Assembly: GCA_965213685.1 (NCBI GenBank)
Contig: CBDBZY010000012.1
Location: forward strand, 64,001-128,000
Reading direction: 5' to 3'
Length of the DNA: 64,000 nt
Source of the DNA: a bacterium
GTDB lineage: Bacteria > UBA8248
In this document: positions 9,218 to 18,548 of the stretch, in pieces
Layout of the letters: each line of letters starts with the position of its first letter
Position numbering within the stretch: position 1 is the first letter of the stretch
Notes under the pieces: model-generated
Told to the model about the DNA's origin: nothing
Databases searched by the model: none
What the model saw: only the letters and a program-made list of their open reading frames with translations
Made by a program: the position numbers and the translations under genes

Positions 9218-10282
9218 CTAGACGGGCAGTGCGAACCAGATGTGGATGCGCCCCGCATCGTAGGCGGCGCCCACTTCTCCGCCGTGCGCCTCGATGAGGC
9301 CCTTCACTATCGCCAGGCCGATGCCCGCGCCTCCGCTTTCTCGGGAACGGGATTTCTCCATGCGGTAGAATCGCTCGAAAATGAGGTTGACGTCCTCGCT
9401 GGACACCTCCTCGCAGGTGTTGGAAAAAAGCATCCTGGCCTGATGCGCGTCCCCCTCCGCCCGGATGCGAAAATCCCCGTGGGCGGGCGTGTATTGCCAT
9501 GCGTTCTGGATGAGGTTCCCGAGCGCCTGGAGAATCTTGTCCCTGTCCGCCAGCACCTCGGGGAGGTCATCGTCCAAATCCGCGCTCACCCGTATGTCCC
9601 TGGCCTCGAAATCATGCCGGTGGAGAGACAAAACCCGCCGCACCAGATGCGGCAGGCGAATCTTCTCCCGCTGGAGATAGGCCTTGGCGGCCTCGGCCCG
9701 GGTGAGTTGCTGAAAATCCTGCGCCAGGCGCACGAGCCGCAGAATTTCCTCCTCCAGCACGCGGAACGTCTCTTCCGTGGGCGGGATGACGCCGTCGGCC
9801 AGGCCTTCGAGGTAGCCGCGAATCGTGGTGAGCGGGGTTCTCAGCTCATGGGCGATGTCCACCAGCATGGTTTTCCGGAGGGTTTCCATTCTTTCCAGGC
9901 TGTCGGCCATCTGGTTGAACGTCAAGCCGAACTCGCCGACTTCGTCTTTCGACGCAATGTCCGCGCGCGCGGTGAAATCGCCTTGCGATACTTTTCTGGA
10001 GACATCCGCCATCGCCGAGAGCGGGCGCAGCACCCTTCTCGTCAGGAAGAAACTCAAGATCACCGCCACCGCCAGGGCGAGCAGGCTCGCCTTGATGATG
10101 TAGCGGTGCACGGCGTCCAGGAACATCTGGTGCGTGTCCGTGGGCGAGATGTGGTATTTGTGCATGAGGGTGGAGAAGTAATCGGCCGCCAGGAAATCGA
10201 TCGCCAGCCAGACGACCAGAATGACCAGCCCGATAACGGGCACGTTGATGGCCAGCAGCTTCCAGAGCAGGCGGCTTCTCAC
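9218..10282 (-). CDS. HAMP-domain sensor histidine kinase (BaeS-like)
   Basis: Two TM segments, HAMP, H-box DIAHELRTPLT, N-box NLIQNA, FERFYR, GAGIGLAIVK. Confidence 0.9.
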   Translation of the reverse strand: MRSRLLWKLLAINVPVIGLVILVVWLAIDFLAADYFSTLMHKYHISPTDTHQMFLDAVHRYIIKASLLALAVAVILSFFLTRRVLRPLSAMADVSRKVSQGDFTARADIASKDEVGEFGLTFNQMADSLERMETLRKTMLVDIAHELRTPLTTIRGYLEGLADGVIPPTEETFRVLEEEILRLVRLAQDFQQLTRAEAAKAYLQREKIRLPHLVRRVLSLHRHDFEARDIRVSADLDDDLPEVLADRDKILQALGNLIQNAWQYTPAHGDFRIRAEGDAHQARMLFSNTCEEVSSEDVNLIFERFYRMEKSRSRESGGAGIGLAIVKGLIEAHGGEVGAAYDAGRIHIWFALPV

Positions 10283-10283
10283 C

Positions 10284-10997
10284 TTATCGAACCGGGTGAT
10301 TTTCCGCTTCGGCGAAACGATACCCCACGCCGCGCACCGTGAGGATGAGGCGGGGGTTGGCGGGGTCGCGCTCGATTTTTTGCCTGAGTTTTCCGATGTG
10401 CACATCCACCACGCGGTGGACCACGGCGTTGGCCGTCCGGTAGAGCCTGGCGAGCAGCTCGTTGCGTGAGAAGACGCGCCCGGGCGCGCTCATCAGCGTT
10501 TGCAGAAGCAGGTATTCCGAGGGGGTGAGCGATATGGTCTCGCCGTCCCGGGTGAGCTTGCGCTTTCCGGGCTCCAGGAGCAGGTTGCCGAAGGCGAGGT
10601 CTGTCTCCTTGTCCAGGGGAGCGCGCTTCGCGCGTCGGAGTATGGCCTTGACGCGCTCGATGAGTTCTCTCGGACTGAAGGGCTTGATGACGTAATCGTC
10701 AGCACCCAGCGAGAAGCCCAGAAGCCTGTCCGCCTCCTCCTCCCTGGCCGTGAGGATGAGGATGGGCACGTCGGATTCGCCCCGAAGCTTCCGGCACACC
10801 TCCCGGCCGTCCATGGTCGGGAGCATGAGGTCGAGAACGACGAAAATCGGCCCATGGCGGCGGCTCAGCTCGACGGCCCGCTCCCCGTCATGGGCGATGA
10901 TGGCCTCGAAGCCCTCCCGGTTCAGATACTCCTCGATGAGCGACGCGATGTTTTTCTCGTCCTCCACGATGAGAACGGGGCCTTTCCCTCCCGTCAT
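10284..10997 (-). CDS. OmpR-family response regulator
   Basis: VLIVEDE, VLDLMLP, GADDYVIKPFSPREL, winged helix VDVHIGKLRQK..TVRGVGYRF. Confidence 0.92.
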   Translation of the reverse strand: MTGGKGPVLIVEDEKNIASLIEEYLNREGFEAIIAHDGERAVELSRRHGPIFVVLDLMLPTMDGREVCRKLRGESDVPILILTAREEEADRLLGFSLGADDYVIKPFSPRELIERVKAILRRAKRAPLDKETDLAFGNLLLEPGKRKLTRDGETISLTPSEYLLLQTLMSAPGRVFSRNELLARLYRTANAVVHRVVDVHIGKLRQKIERDPANPRLILTVRGVGYRFAEAENHPVR

Positions 10998-11154
10998 CTC
11001 GCGTCCCCGCACCGGAGCCGGATCCTTAGCGCCGCCCGTGAGGCGGAATCGGGGTTCGCCGGAGATTCTCTTTTCCCTCGGGGGGCGGATGGGGCGCGGA
11101 GCGGGGCCCCTCCCCCGGACGCTCGCCGCGCCCTTGCCCGAACGTCCGCATCGC

Positions 11155-12045
11155 TCATCCCTCCAGGCCCATCAGGCGGGCGGGGTTTCGTTGCACCATC
11201 CAGCGAATCTCGTCTTCCCCGAACCCCAGCCGAAGCATCGTGGCGATGAACATGCGGAGCATCTCCGTCGGCGGGGGGTTGAGGTCGAGTTGCGCGTCCG
11301 TGCTCATCACGCATCGCTCCGGGCCGAGTGCGCGCGCGGTTTCCGCGACTTTTCGCGGGTCGAGGTCGCGCCACATCGGGAAGGCGGATATCCACGTGAA
11401 CTCGACGATGTAGCCCAGGTCCGCCACCTCCCGCAGCTGCGCCTCGCTCGCGTGGACGATGAAGATGATCGGGTGGGTGTAGATGAATTTCTCCACCCCG
11501 ATCTCCCTGGCCCGCCGCGCGAGGGCGACGCCCTCGTCCGCCGAGAGGTGGCCGGTGGCCACGGCTACGTCGGCGTCCCGGGCGATCTCCAGGATCGCCT
11601 CGGCCTCGGGCGATATTCCGCCGTCCCCGTCCAGGACGGTGAGGCCCTGCGCGGGCGGGGGCTGGCGATAGGCTTCGGCGATGCGCTTGCTGTAGGCGCC
11701 AACCCGGATGTCGTTCGCCGCAGAGTAGGTGGGCATCCAGATGACCTTGGCCCCCAGGCGCACCGCGCTTTCCGCCGCGAAGGGCGAAAGCCCGCCCACG
11801 TTGGCGTTCAGGGTGATGGAGCCGAAGGCGGTGACGCCCGGATACACCTCGTTCAGGACTCTGGCCTGGGCGAAGGTGGGCCACAGATGGCTCTTCATCA
11901 CGAAGCCCCGCATCCCGACGTCGCGCGCGAGCTCGGCCCATTCATGATCCAGCACGCGCCCGGGCTCCTCCACGAATACCTGGGGGAATATGTGGGCGTG
12001 GACGTCGATGGCGCCCTCGAGAAGGTCATCCGCCTGGGTGCGCAT
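11155..12045 (-). CDS. Amidohydrolase-fold metallohydrolase (DUF6282-like)
   Basis: GAIDVHAH, MKSHLWPT, IWMPT, ATGHLS, YTHP, STDA, NPARLMG. Confidence 0.7.
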   Translation of the reverse strand: MRTQADDLLEGAIDVHAHIFPQVFVEEPGRVLDHEWAELARDVGMRGFVMKSHLWPTFAQARVLNEVYPGVTAFGSITLNANVGGLSPFAAESAVRLGAKVIWMPTYSAANDIRVGAYSKRIAEAYRQPPPAQGLTVLDGDGGISPEAEAILEIARDADVAVATGHLSADEGVALARRAREIGVEKFIYTHPIIFIVHASEAQLREVADLGYIVEFTWISAFPMWRDLDPRKVAETARALGPERCVMSTDAQLDLNPPPTEMLRMFIATMLRLGFGEDEIRWMVQRNPARLMGLEG

Positions 12046-12214
12046 GGGGGCAAGCCCTCCGCATGGTGGATAGAGAATGGTGGGGAATCATCCCGAAAAC
12101 GCATCATGCGGGATGAGAGGGCGCCGGGCAAGCCGGTTTTCTCCAAACCTTCCGGGTGATATTCTTTCCTCCCCGTGACGCGAGAGGCGATTTCACGCGA
12201 GGAGGACATCCCCC

Positions 12215-13345
12215 ATGCCCCAAAGCCAGAGCATCGGAACGCCGGTGCGCGAAATCGAAACGCCCGCCTTGATGATCGATCTCGACGTCATGGAGGAGAA
12301 CCTCGCCTTGATGGCCACGCGCTTGCAGGGGAGCGGCGCCAGGCTCCGCGCCCACGCCAAGACGCACAAGAGTCCTTGGATAGCGAGAAAGCAGATGGAA
12401 CTCGGCGCGGTGGGCGTGTGTTGCCAGAAGGTGAGCGAGGCGGAGGTGATGATAGCGGGCGGGGTGGAGAACGTGCTCGTGAGCAGCGAGGTGACCGCCG
12501 CATCCAAGCTCAGGCGCCTGGCCGCGCTCACGCGCCACGCCGAGTTGATGGTGGTGGTGGACCATCCCCGGGGGGTGGAGATGCTCTCCGAGGCGATGGC
12601 GGCGGCGGGAGCGACAATCGACGTGCTTGTCGATGTGGACGTGGGCCAGGGGCGGTGCGGCGTGGCGCCGGGCGCGGCGGCGGTGGAACTGGCCAGGCTC
12701 GTGGACAGGACGCGGGGGCTTGCCTTGCGGGGGATTCAGGCCTACCAGGGCGCGGCCCAGCACGTGGATGGATTCATCGAGCGGCGCGAGGCGTATGGCG
12801 AGGCGATAGCGCTCATGCGGGAGACCATCACCGCGTTCGACGCCGCGGGCCTTCCGGCGGAGGTCAGGAGCGGCGGCGGCACGGGCTCCTGGCGCTGGGA
12901 TGCGGAATCAGGCGCGCTGAACGAGCTGCAGGCGGGCAGCTATCTTTTCATGGATTCCCACTATTGCGGCATCGGGGGGGAGGGTTCGGAAACCTATGAC
13001 GATTTCCGGCCCAGCCTCTTCGTGCTGACGACCGTGGTGAGCGCGCCCGCGCCGGGTCGCGTGATCATGGACGCCGGCCACAAGGCGCTTGCCTCCGACA
13101 GCGGGCTGGCCCCTTGTCTCGAACTCGAGGGCACCACGCACGCGAGAGCCTCCGACGAGCATGGCGTCCTGGAGCTCTCCGCCTCCTCCAGGCGCCCGGA
13201 AATTGGCGAGACGCTCCTGTTCCAGCCCAGCCACTGCGACCCGACGATCAACCTCTATGACGTCTACCACGGGATTCGCGGAGGCATGGAGGAGGGCGTT
13301 CTCGAGGCGGTGGTTCCCGTGGCGGCGCGCGGCTGCGTCTGGTAA
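12215..13345 (+). CDS. DSD1-family PLP enzyme (D-threonine aldolase / D-serine dehydratase / 3-hydroxy-D-aspartate aldolase-like)
   Basis: ETPALMID, RAHAKTHKS (PLP Lys), SGGGTG, ELQAGSYLFMD, SDEHG, PSHCDPTINLYD. Confidence 0.85.
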   Translation: MPQSQSIGTPVREIETPALMIDLDVMEENLALMATRLQGSGARLRAHAKTHKSPWIARKQMELGAVGVCCQKVSEAEVMIAGGVENVLVSSEVTAASKLRRLAALTRHAELMVVVDHPRGVEMLSEAMAAAGATIDVLVDVDVGQGRCGVAPGAAAVELARLVDRTRGLALRGIQAYQGAAQHVDGFIERREAYGEAIALMRETITAFDAAGLPAEVRSGGGTGSWRWDAESGALNELQAGSYLFMDSHYCGIGGEGSETYDDFRPSLFVLTTVVSAPAPGRVIMDAGHKALASDSGLAPCLELEGTTHARASDEHGVLELSASSRRPEIGETLLFQPSHCDPTINLYDVYHGIRGGMEEGVLEAVVPVAARGCVW

Positions 13346-13376
13346 GGGAGGCCGCGCCTCCCGCCCATGCGCGCCC

Positions 13377-13901
13377 TTATGCGGGTTTCCCGAACGTGGC
13401 GACCCGATCCACGCGGCACTCGAACAGGACGCGCTTCTCGTCGATCACGGGGTCCCGGAGCGCATAGGGCGGGTCCTGGCCCGTGTATTTCGTCCAGATG
13501 CGGTCGAGTTGCGCGCCAGCCTTCTCGCCCCCCGGCCCGTCCTCCCGTATCTCGTTGACCACCGTGCACTTGATGCTCATCCAGTGGTAGGGGTTCTCGG
13601 GGTTCACGAGCAGGATCGTCAGCTGCGGATTTTTCCGTATCCACCCGCATTTCGCCCGGTGTGCCGCCGTGTTCACCAGAATCGTGTCGCCCTCGTAGTC
13701 GAACCACATGGGCGTCATGTTCACCCGCCCGTCCGGGCCGATGAGTCCCAGCGTAACCGTGATCGGCATGTCCAGCAGCTGTTTGTAGATGGGGTCCAGG
13801 TCCGCCAGGCCGCCGGCCCTCCTCCTCTCGCCCACGGCGAACTGGCCTTCCTGCAGTCCCTCGGACACGTCCCGGAAATGGGCAACGGTGAATCCCGCCA
13901 T
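13377..13901 (-). CDS. PPOX-class pyridoxamine 5'-phosphate oxidase-like protein (probable F420/FMN binding)
   Basis: PDGRVNMTPMWFDYEGDTILVNTAAHRAK..IRKNPQLTILLVNPENPYHW. Confidence 0.75.
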   Translation of the reverse strand: MAGFTVAHFRDVSEGLQEGQFAVGERRRAGGLADLDPIYKQLLDMPITVTLGLIGPDGRVNMTPMWFDYEGDTILVNTAAHRAKCGWIRKNPQLTILLVNPENPYHWMSIKCTVVNEIREDGPGGEKAGAQLDRIWTKYTGQDPPYALRDPVIDEKRVLFECRVDRVATFGKPA

Positions 13902-14005
13902 CGCGCGCTTCCTCCTGAAAAAAGAAAAGGGTTGCGTCAGACGCTAGCAAAGGGGGCGCGGCGTGGCAAGGGAGGCCGCACATCCGTCTATCCCGCCACG
14001 CCTCT

Positions 14006-14824
14006 CTATCTTCTCTTCCTGGGTTTCGCGTTGATGAAGGCTTCCCGAACGTAGCGGACGACCGACCAGATTTTCCTGTCGTCCAGCAGGTGGCCATACG
14101 CCTGCATATCGTCGTATTTTTTCACCTCGGTGGCGTCGATGCGACCGAGCCGGATGAGCCAGAACAGGAACGCATCGTCAAAGCGCGCCATCTGCTCCTT
14201 GCGCAGATAGTTCATCGGCGGCGGCTGAATGTGGCTGACGAATGGCTGGCCCGGGTCCTGGTCCTCGACCGGCCGGGGCCCGTTTCCCGCCCCCTTCTTG
14301 CCGTGGCAGGGGGAGCAGGCGTCCAGAAAGATTTCTCTCGTCTCCTCCGCATCCTGCGCCTGCTCTCCGCTCGTGAAGCCGCGCGCCCACTGGATGAGCC
14401 GCCGAATCTGCCCATCCTCCAGCGCCTCGCCGAACGAGGGCATGGCCGTGGGAACGCCGTTTTGTACCTTGTGGCCCTTCATCGTGTTTTTCAGGACGTT
14501 CATCTTGCCGAATTTCACGATGGCGAAGATGTAGTCATCCGTCATGCGCTTCATGTAGGGGCTGGTGAATATCTGCGGCCTCGGTCTCGTGGTTCGCCAT
14601 TTCGGGCCTTTTCCGTCGCCTTTGACCCCGTGGCAGGAGAAGCAGATTTCTTCGTATATTTCCTTGCCCAGCCAGTAGTCCCCGCCGTGAAGTTTCGCCG
14701 TCTCCGGCTGGGGGGGCACTCTCCGTGCCGCGGAGGCGGCGGGTGCGGCGAGGCTCCACGCGAGCACCAGGACGATCCAGAAGCGTCTTCTCGTTGCGCT
14801 CCGCACGATTCCGTTCTCTCTCAT
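14006..14824 (-). CDS. Diheme c-type cytochrome
   Basis: Signal peptide; CFSCH and CSPCH heme motifs, each followed by G..G.G.GP; candidate Met ligands AMPSF and DMQAY. Confidence 0.85.
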   Translation of the reverse strand: MRENGIVRSATRRRFWIVLVLAWSLAAPAASAARRVPPQPETAKLHGGDYWLGKEIYEEICFSCHGVKGDGKGPKWRTTRPRPQIFTSPYMKRMTDDYIFAIVKFGKMNVLKNTMKGHKVQNGVPTAMPSFGEALEDGQIRRLIQWARGFTSGEQAQDAEETREIFLDACSPCHGKKGAGNGPRPVEDQDPGQPFVSHIQPPPMNYLRKEQMARFDDAFLFWLIRLGRIDATEVKKYDDMQAYGHLLDDRKIWSVVRYVREAFINAKPRKRR

Positions 14825-14920
14825 CGGTCTGGACTTCCGGCGTCGCCCGCCTGGGGTTTTTTCGGGTTTTTCGCGCGCGCGGGCGTTTCTCGCCCCGGGG
14901 AGTCTATCAGCATCCGGCCG

Positions 14921-15343
14921 CTAGGGGAGCAGGCGCATCCCCAGAAAAGAGACGAACAGGGAGACGAAGATGGCGAGAAATCCGCAATACGAGTGAATTT
15001 GCCGCAGGTCGTCGTTTCGCAGGTCTTTTTTCAGCCGCCGGCCCAGATAGGCCGTCCCCCACAAAAGGCCCAGGGCCAGGGTGGCGAAATAGCTGTGGGC
15101 CGTCTCGTAGACGGGCGATTCGAGGGCGAAGCGCATGCCGCCTAGGCCGAGGGCGTAGCCGGCGGAAAAAAAAGCGGTGAGCCATCGTCCGCTCCGCATG
15201 TGCAGCCGGGCGATTCGCGCCGTCTCGGACCCCGCGCGCCCCCTTCGGCTCCGCCGGACCCGCAATCCGTTCGCCAGAACGAAGAGACCGAGGGAGAGCG
15301 TGGCGATTTGAAGCGCCGGATGAATGTACGCCCCGAAATTCAT
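14921..15343 (-). CDS. Four-TM membrane protein (DUF4079-like, His-bearing helices)
   Basis: YIHP, RLHMRSG, TAHSYF and QIHSYCG sit in or next to hydrophobic segments. Confidence 0.55.
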   Translation of the reverse strand: MNFGAYIHPALQIATLSLGLFVLANGLRVRRSRRGRAGSETARIARLHMRSGRWLTAFFSAGYALGLGGMRFALESPVYETAHSYFATLALGLLWGTAYLGRRLKKDLRNDDLRQIHSYCGFLAIFVSLFVSFLGMRLLP

Positions 15344-15404
15344 GCGCCGCCGTTTCGGAAAATGTGGACGGGATGCGCGCCCCTCCCCGCCATGGGTATG
15401 TACC

Positions 15405-15434
15405 TTGTCGGGGGGCGGGACGCAAATCTATAAT
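15405..15434 (+). promoter_or_regulatory. Putative sigma70 promoter for the cyclase-acyl-CoA synthetase operon
   Basis: TTGTCG-18nt-TATAAT. Confidence 0.45.
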
Positions 15435-15476
15435 GGGGAGACGCGAGCCGGGCCGTCCGTTTTTCCTGGAGGGACG

Positions 15477-16271
15477 ATGAACATAGAGGATGTGCGCGCC
15501 ATCGCGCGCGGCAGCAGGGTGTTCGACCTGGGCGTTGAGCTTTTCCCGGGGATGCCCCATGTCCCGCTCCATGGCCCGTTCGGCTATTCCATGATCCGAG
15601 AACACGGCGATTTCATGTACGCGGGCGGGGCCTGCTCCGCCGTGGACACGTTTTTCTGCACCGGCCACACGGGCACGCACATCGACGCACTCGGCCATAT
15701 CGCCCAGGACATGAAGCTCCACGGCGGCGTGGACGCAGCCGCCTCCCAGAGCAAGACGGGGGGGCTGAAGACCCACGGCGTCGAGAGCGTGGCGCCCGTG
15801 GTGCGGCGCGGCGTGATGCTCGACATGGCGGCGCACCTCCGCAAGGACGTGCTCGAGGCGGGGCGTCCCGTCACGAGGGAGGAGCTCGAGGCGGCCGCCG
15901 CCGCCCAGGGGGTCCGGATTGAGGCGGGCGACGTCGTCCTGGTGCGCACCGCGCATATGCGCCACTGGCCGGGCCGGAATTATTATTTTCAAAAGGGGGG
16001 CGTGCCCGGAATCGACCTGGGCGCGGCGAGGTGGCTCTCCGAGCAGGGCGTCTTCATGGTCGGAGGCGACACCTTCGCGGTCGAGGTTCTGCCCGCCCCC
16101 TCCCTGCCGGTGCACTGCCACATGCTCGTGGAGAGGGGAATCCACCTGCTCGAGGTGGCGGTGCTGGAGGAGTTGAGCGCGTCGCGGACGTATGAGTTTC
16201 TCTTTCTCTGCCTGCCGCTCAAGATACGCGGCGGCACCGGCTCGCCCGTTCGCCCCGTGGCCATCCTGTAG
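15477..16271 (+). CDS. Cyclase family (kynurenine formamidase-like) metallohydrolase
   Basis: HTGTHIDALGH, GDVVLVRT, PVHCHMLVERGIHLLE, PLKIRGGTGSPVRPVA. Confidence 0.88.
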   Translation: MNIEDVRAIARGSRVFDLGVELFPGMPHVPLHGPFGYSMIREHGDFMYAGGACSAVDTFFCTGHTGTHIDALGHIAQDMKLHGGVDAAASQSKTGGLKTHGVESVAPVVRRGVMLDMAAHLRKDVLEAGRPVTREELEAAAAAQGVRIEAGDVVLVRTAHMRHWPGRNYYFQKGGVPGIDLGAARWLSEQGVFMVGGDTFAVEVLPAPSLPVHCHMLVERGIHLLEVAVLEELSASRTYEFLFLCLPLKIRGGTGSPVRPVAIL

Positions 16272-16302
16272 GAACGTCCCCTTCCCGTTTTGGTGAGGCG
16301 TC

Positions 16303-17553
16303 ATGCCCCGCGTGCTGGAGGACAAGGCGAAAGCGCTTCTGGGCGATGCGGGCGTTCCCGTTCCCCGCGGCCGCTCTGCGCGTACGCCCGCCGAGGCGGA
16401 GAAGGCGGCGCGCGCGGTGGGCCGTCCCGTCATGGTGAAGGCGCTGATCCCCGCGGGAAAGCGCGGCAAGGCGGGGGCGATCCTCCCGGCGGACACGCCC
16501 GATGACGCACGGGGGGCGGCCCGGAAACTGCTGGGCGGCGTGGTGCATCATTTCCCCGTCCGGCGCGTTTTGGTGGAGGAGAGGATAGGGATCGCCCAGG
16601 AGTGGTATCTCTCGATCTCCTTCGACAGCGCGTCGCGCGGGCCGATCGTCATGTTCAGCGCGGAGGGCGGCGTGGAGGTTGAGACGATTCTGGAGCAAAG
16701 CCCCGGCGCGCTGAAGCGGCTGGAGGTCGATGTGCTGGAGGGGCTGAGCGAGGAGGCGTGCATCTCTTTTCTGCGCGCCTGCGGGGTGCACGGGGAGGCG
16801 CTGTTCCGGGCGGCGCCCATCGTCCAGGCCTGCTACGCGCTTTTTTGCCGCACCGAAGCGCGGCTCCTGGAGGTCAACCCGCTCGTCATGAGCGATGGGG
16901 AGAAGGTTCTCGCCGCCGCGTGCGTCCTCGATCTGGACGCGGACGCCCTGTTTCGGCACCCCAACCTCGGAGCGCTGCTCGACGATGGGGGTTCCGGGGA
17001 CGGCTGGCGTCCGCCCACCCCGCTGGAGGCGCGGATCGCCGGCATCGACGCCCGGGTGCCGCCGCTGGGCACGACGCGCTTCCGGGAAATCGACGGCGGG
17101 GAGATCGCCCTGCTCTGGAGCGGGGGCGGGGGCGGCCTGTATCTCCTCGATACGATGGCGCGCCTGGGCGGGAAGCCGGCGACGGCCTTTGACATTACGC
17201 CGGGCCCTCTGGAGGAGAAGTATTTCCGGATCGCCAAAGAGATTCTGCGGATGCCGCACCTCAGGGGGGCGCTCGCGGGGAGCAACATCACGAGTTTCTC
17301 GCGCGTGCAGCTCAAGGTGCGCGCCATCGTCCGGGCGGTGGAGGAGACGGGGGTCGACCTCGCCCGATTCCCCTTCGTCGTCCGCTTCGCGGGCGCGGGC
17401 GGGGAGGAGGCCAGGCGGATCGCCCGGACGTGCCCGGGCCTGCAGTATCTGGGCGCGGAGGCGACGCTCGAGGAGGCGGCCGAGCGCATCGTCGCCCAGG
17501 TCGAGGCGGTGAAGCGCGGAGAGTCCTGGGCGGACGCGGGAGGTGCGCGTTGA
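16303..17553 (+). CDS. ATP-grasp acyl-CoA synthetase beta subunit (SucC/citryl-CoA synthetase-like, divergent)
   Basis: KAKALL..GVPVPRG, VMVKA..GKRGKAG, VLVEE, EGGVEVE, LLEVNPL, DADALFRHP. Confidence 0.8.
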   Translation: MPRVLEDKAKALLGDAGVPVPRGRSARTPAEAEKAARAVGRPVMVKALIPAGKRGKAGAILPADTPDDARGAARKLLGGVVHHFPVRRVLVEERIGIAQEWYLSISFDSASRGPIVMFSAEGGVEVETILEQSPGALKRLEVDVLEGLSEEACISFLRACGVHGEALFRAAPIVQACYALFCRTEARLLEVNPLVMSDGEKVLAAACVLDLDADALFRHPNLGALLDDGGSGDGWRPPTPLEARIAGIDARVPPLGTTRFREIDGGEIALLWSGGGGGLYLLDTMARLGGKPATAFDITPGPLEEKYFRIAKEILRMPHLRGALAGSNITSFSRVQLKVRAIVRAVEETGVDLARFPFVVRFAGAGGEEARRIARTCPGLQYLGAEATLEEAAERIVAQVEAVKRGESWADAGGAR

Positions 17554-18452
17554 GCATCCTGATCGACGAGAGCAGCCGCGTCGTCGTGGCCGGCATCACC
17601 GGCTGGCAGGCGCGCGCCCACACCGGTTTCATGCGGAAATACGGCACCCGGGTGGTGGCCGGCGTGGTGCCGGGGCGCGCCGGCGAGGATTGCGACGGCG
17701 TGCCTGTCTACGGCTCGTTCGCCTCCGCGATGGGCGCGCATCCCGCGGACGCCGCCGTCTTGTTCGTGCCCGCCGTCGCGGCGGCGGATTCGGCCATCGA
17801 GGCGGTCAGGGCGGGCGTTCCCCTGGTGCTCGTGTGCGCCGAGGGCCTGCCCCGACACGACGTGGCGCGGATGATCGCCCACGCCCGGCGCGCGGGTGCC
17901 CGTCTGGTGGGTCCCAACAGCCAGGGCGTCATCAGTCCCGGGCGCGCGAAGATGGGAGGCACCGGCGGCGATTTGCCCATCACGAATCTCCTGTTTCAAA
18001 GGGGGCCGGTGGGCGTGTTGAGCAGAAGCGGGGGGATGGGCAGCGAGACCTGCTGGCTTCTGAGCCGCGAGGGAATCGGCCAGAGCACCTATGTGAGCGT
18101 GGGCGGGGACGCGATGGTGGGCGCCCCGTTTTCGGAACTCCTCCCCTTGTTTGCGGAGGATCCCGAGACGGAGTGCGTCGTTTTGTTCGGCGAGCCGGGC
18201 TCGTCCGCCGAGGAGGAGGCGGCGCGCCTGATAGGAGAGGGCGGGTTCACGAAGCCGGCGGTCGCCTTCATCGCGGGGATGATTCACGAGTCCGCCCCGC
18301 GCGGGGTGAGCTTCGGCCACGCGGCGGCCATCATCGAGCGGGGCGAGGGTTCGCCGGCGCGAAAAAAGGCGCTGCTCGCAGAGGCGGGCGTCGCCGTGGT
18401 CGACGACATGCGCGAGATTCCGGCCGCCGTGCGGGACGCCATGGCCTGCTAG
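17550..18452 (+). CDS. Acyl-CoA synthetase alpha subunit (SucD-like)
   Basis: SILIDESSRVVVAGITG, LVGPNSQG, SRSGG, GEPG, SFGHAAA (phospho-His). TTG overlaps the upstream stop. Confidence 0.85.
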   Translation: MSILIDESSRVVVAGITGWQARAHTGFMRKYGTRVVAGVVPGRAGEDCDGVPVYGSFASAMGAHPADAAVLFVPAVAAADSAIEAVRAGVPLVLVCAEGLPRHDVARMIAHARRAGARLVGPNSQGVISPGRAKMGGTGGDLPITNLLFQRGPVGVLSRSGGMGSETCWLLSREGIGQSTYVSVGGDAMVGAPFSELLPLFAEDPETECVVLFGEPGSSAEEEAARLIGEGGFTKPAVAFIAGMIHESAPRGVSFGHAAAIIERGEGSPARKKALLAEAGVAVVDDMREIPAAVRDAMAC

Positions 18453-18548
18453 ATTTTCTCCCCCCCAGCTGATAATCCTGTCCGGAATTTCCGCGCAACC
18501 GGACGGTTCGGTGTTGTATCCATCTCTCGGGACAAGGAGATATTGCGA

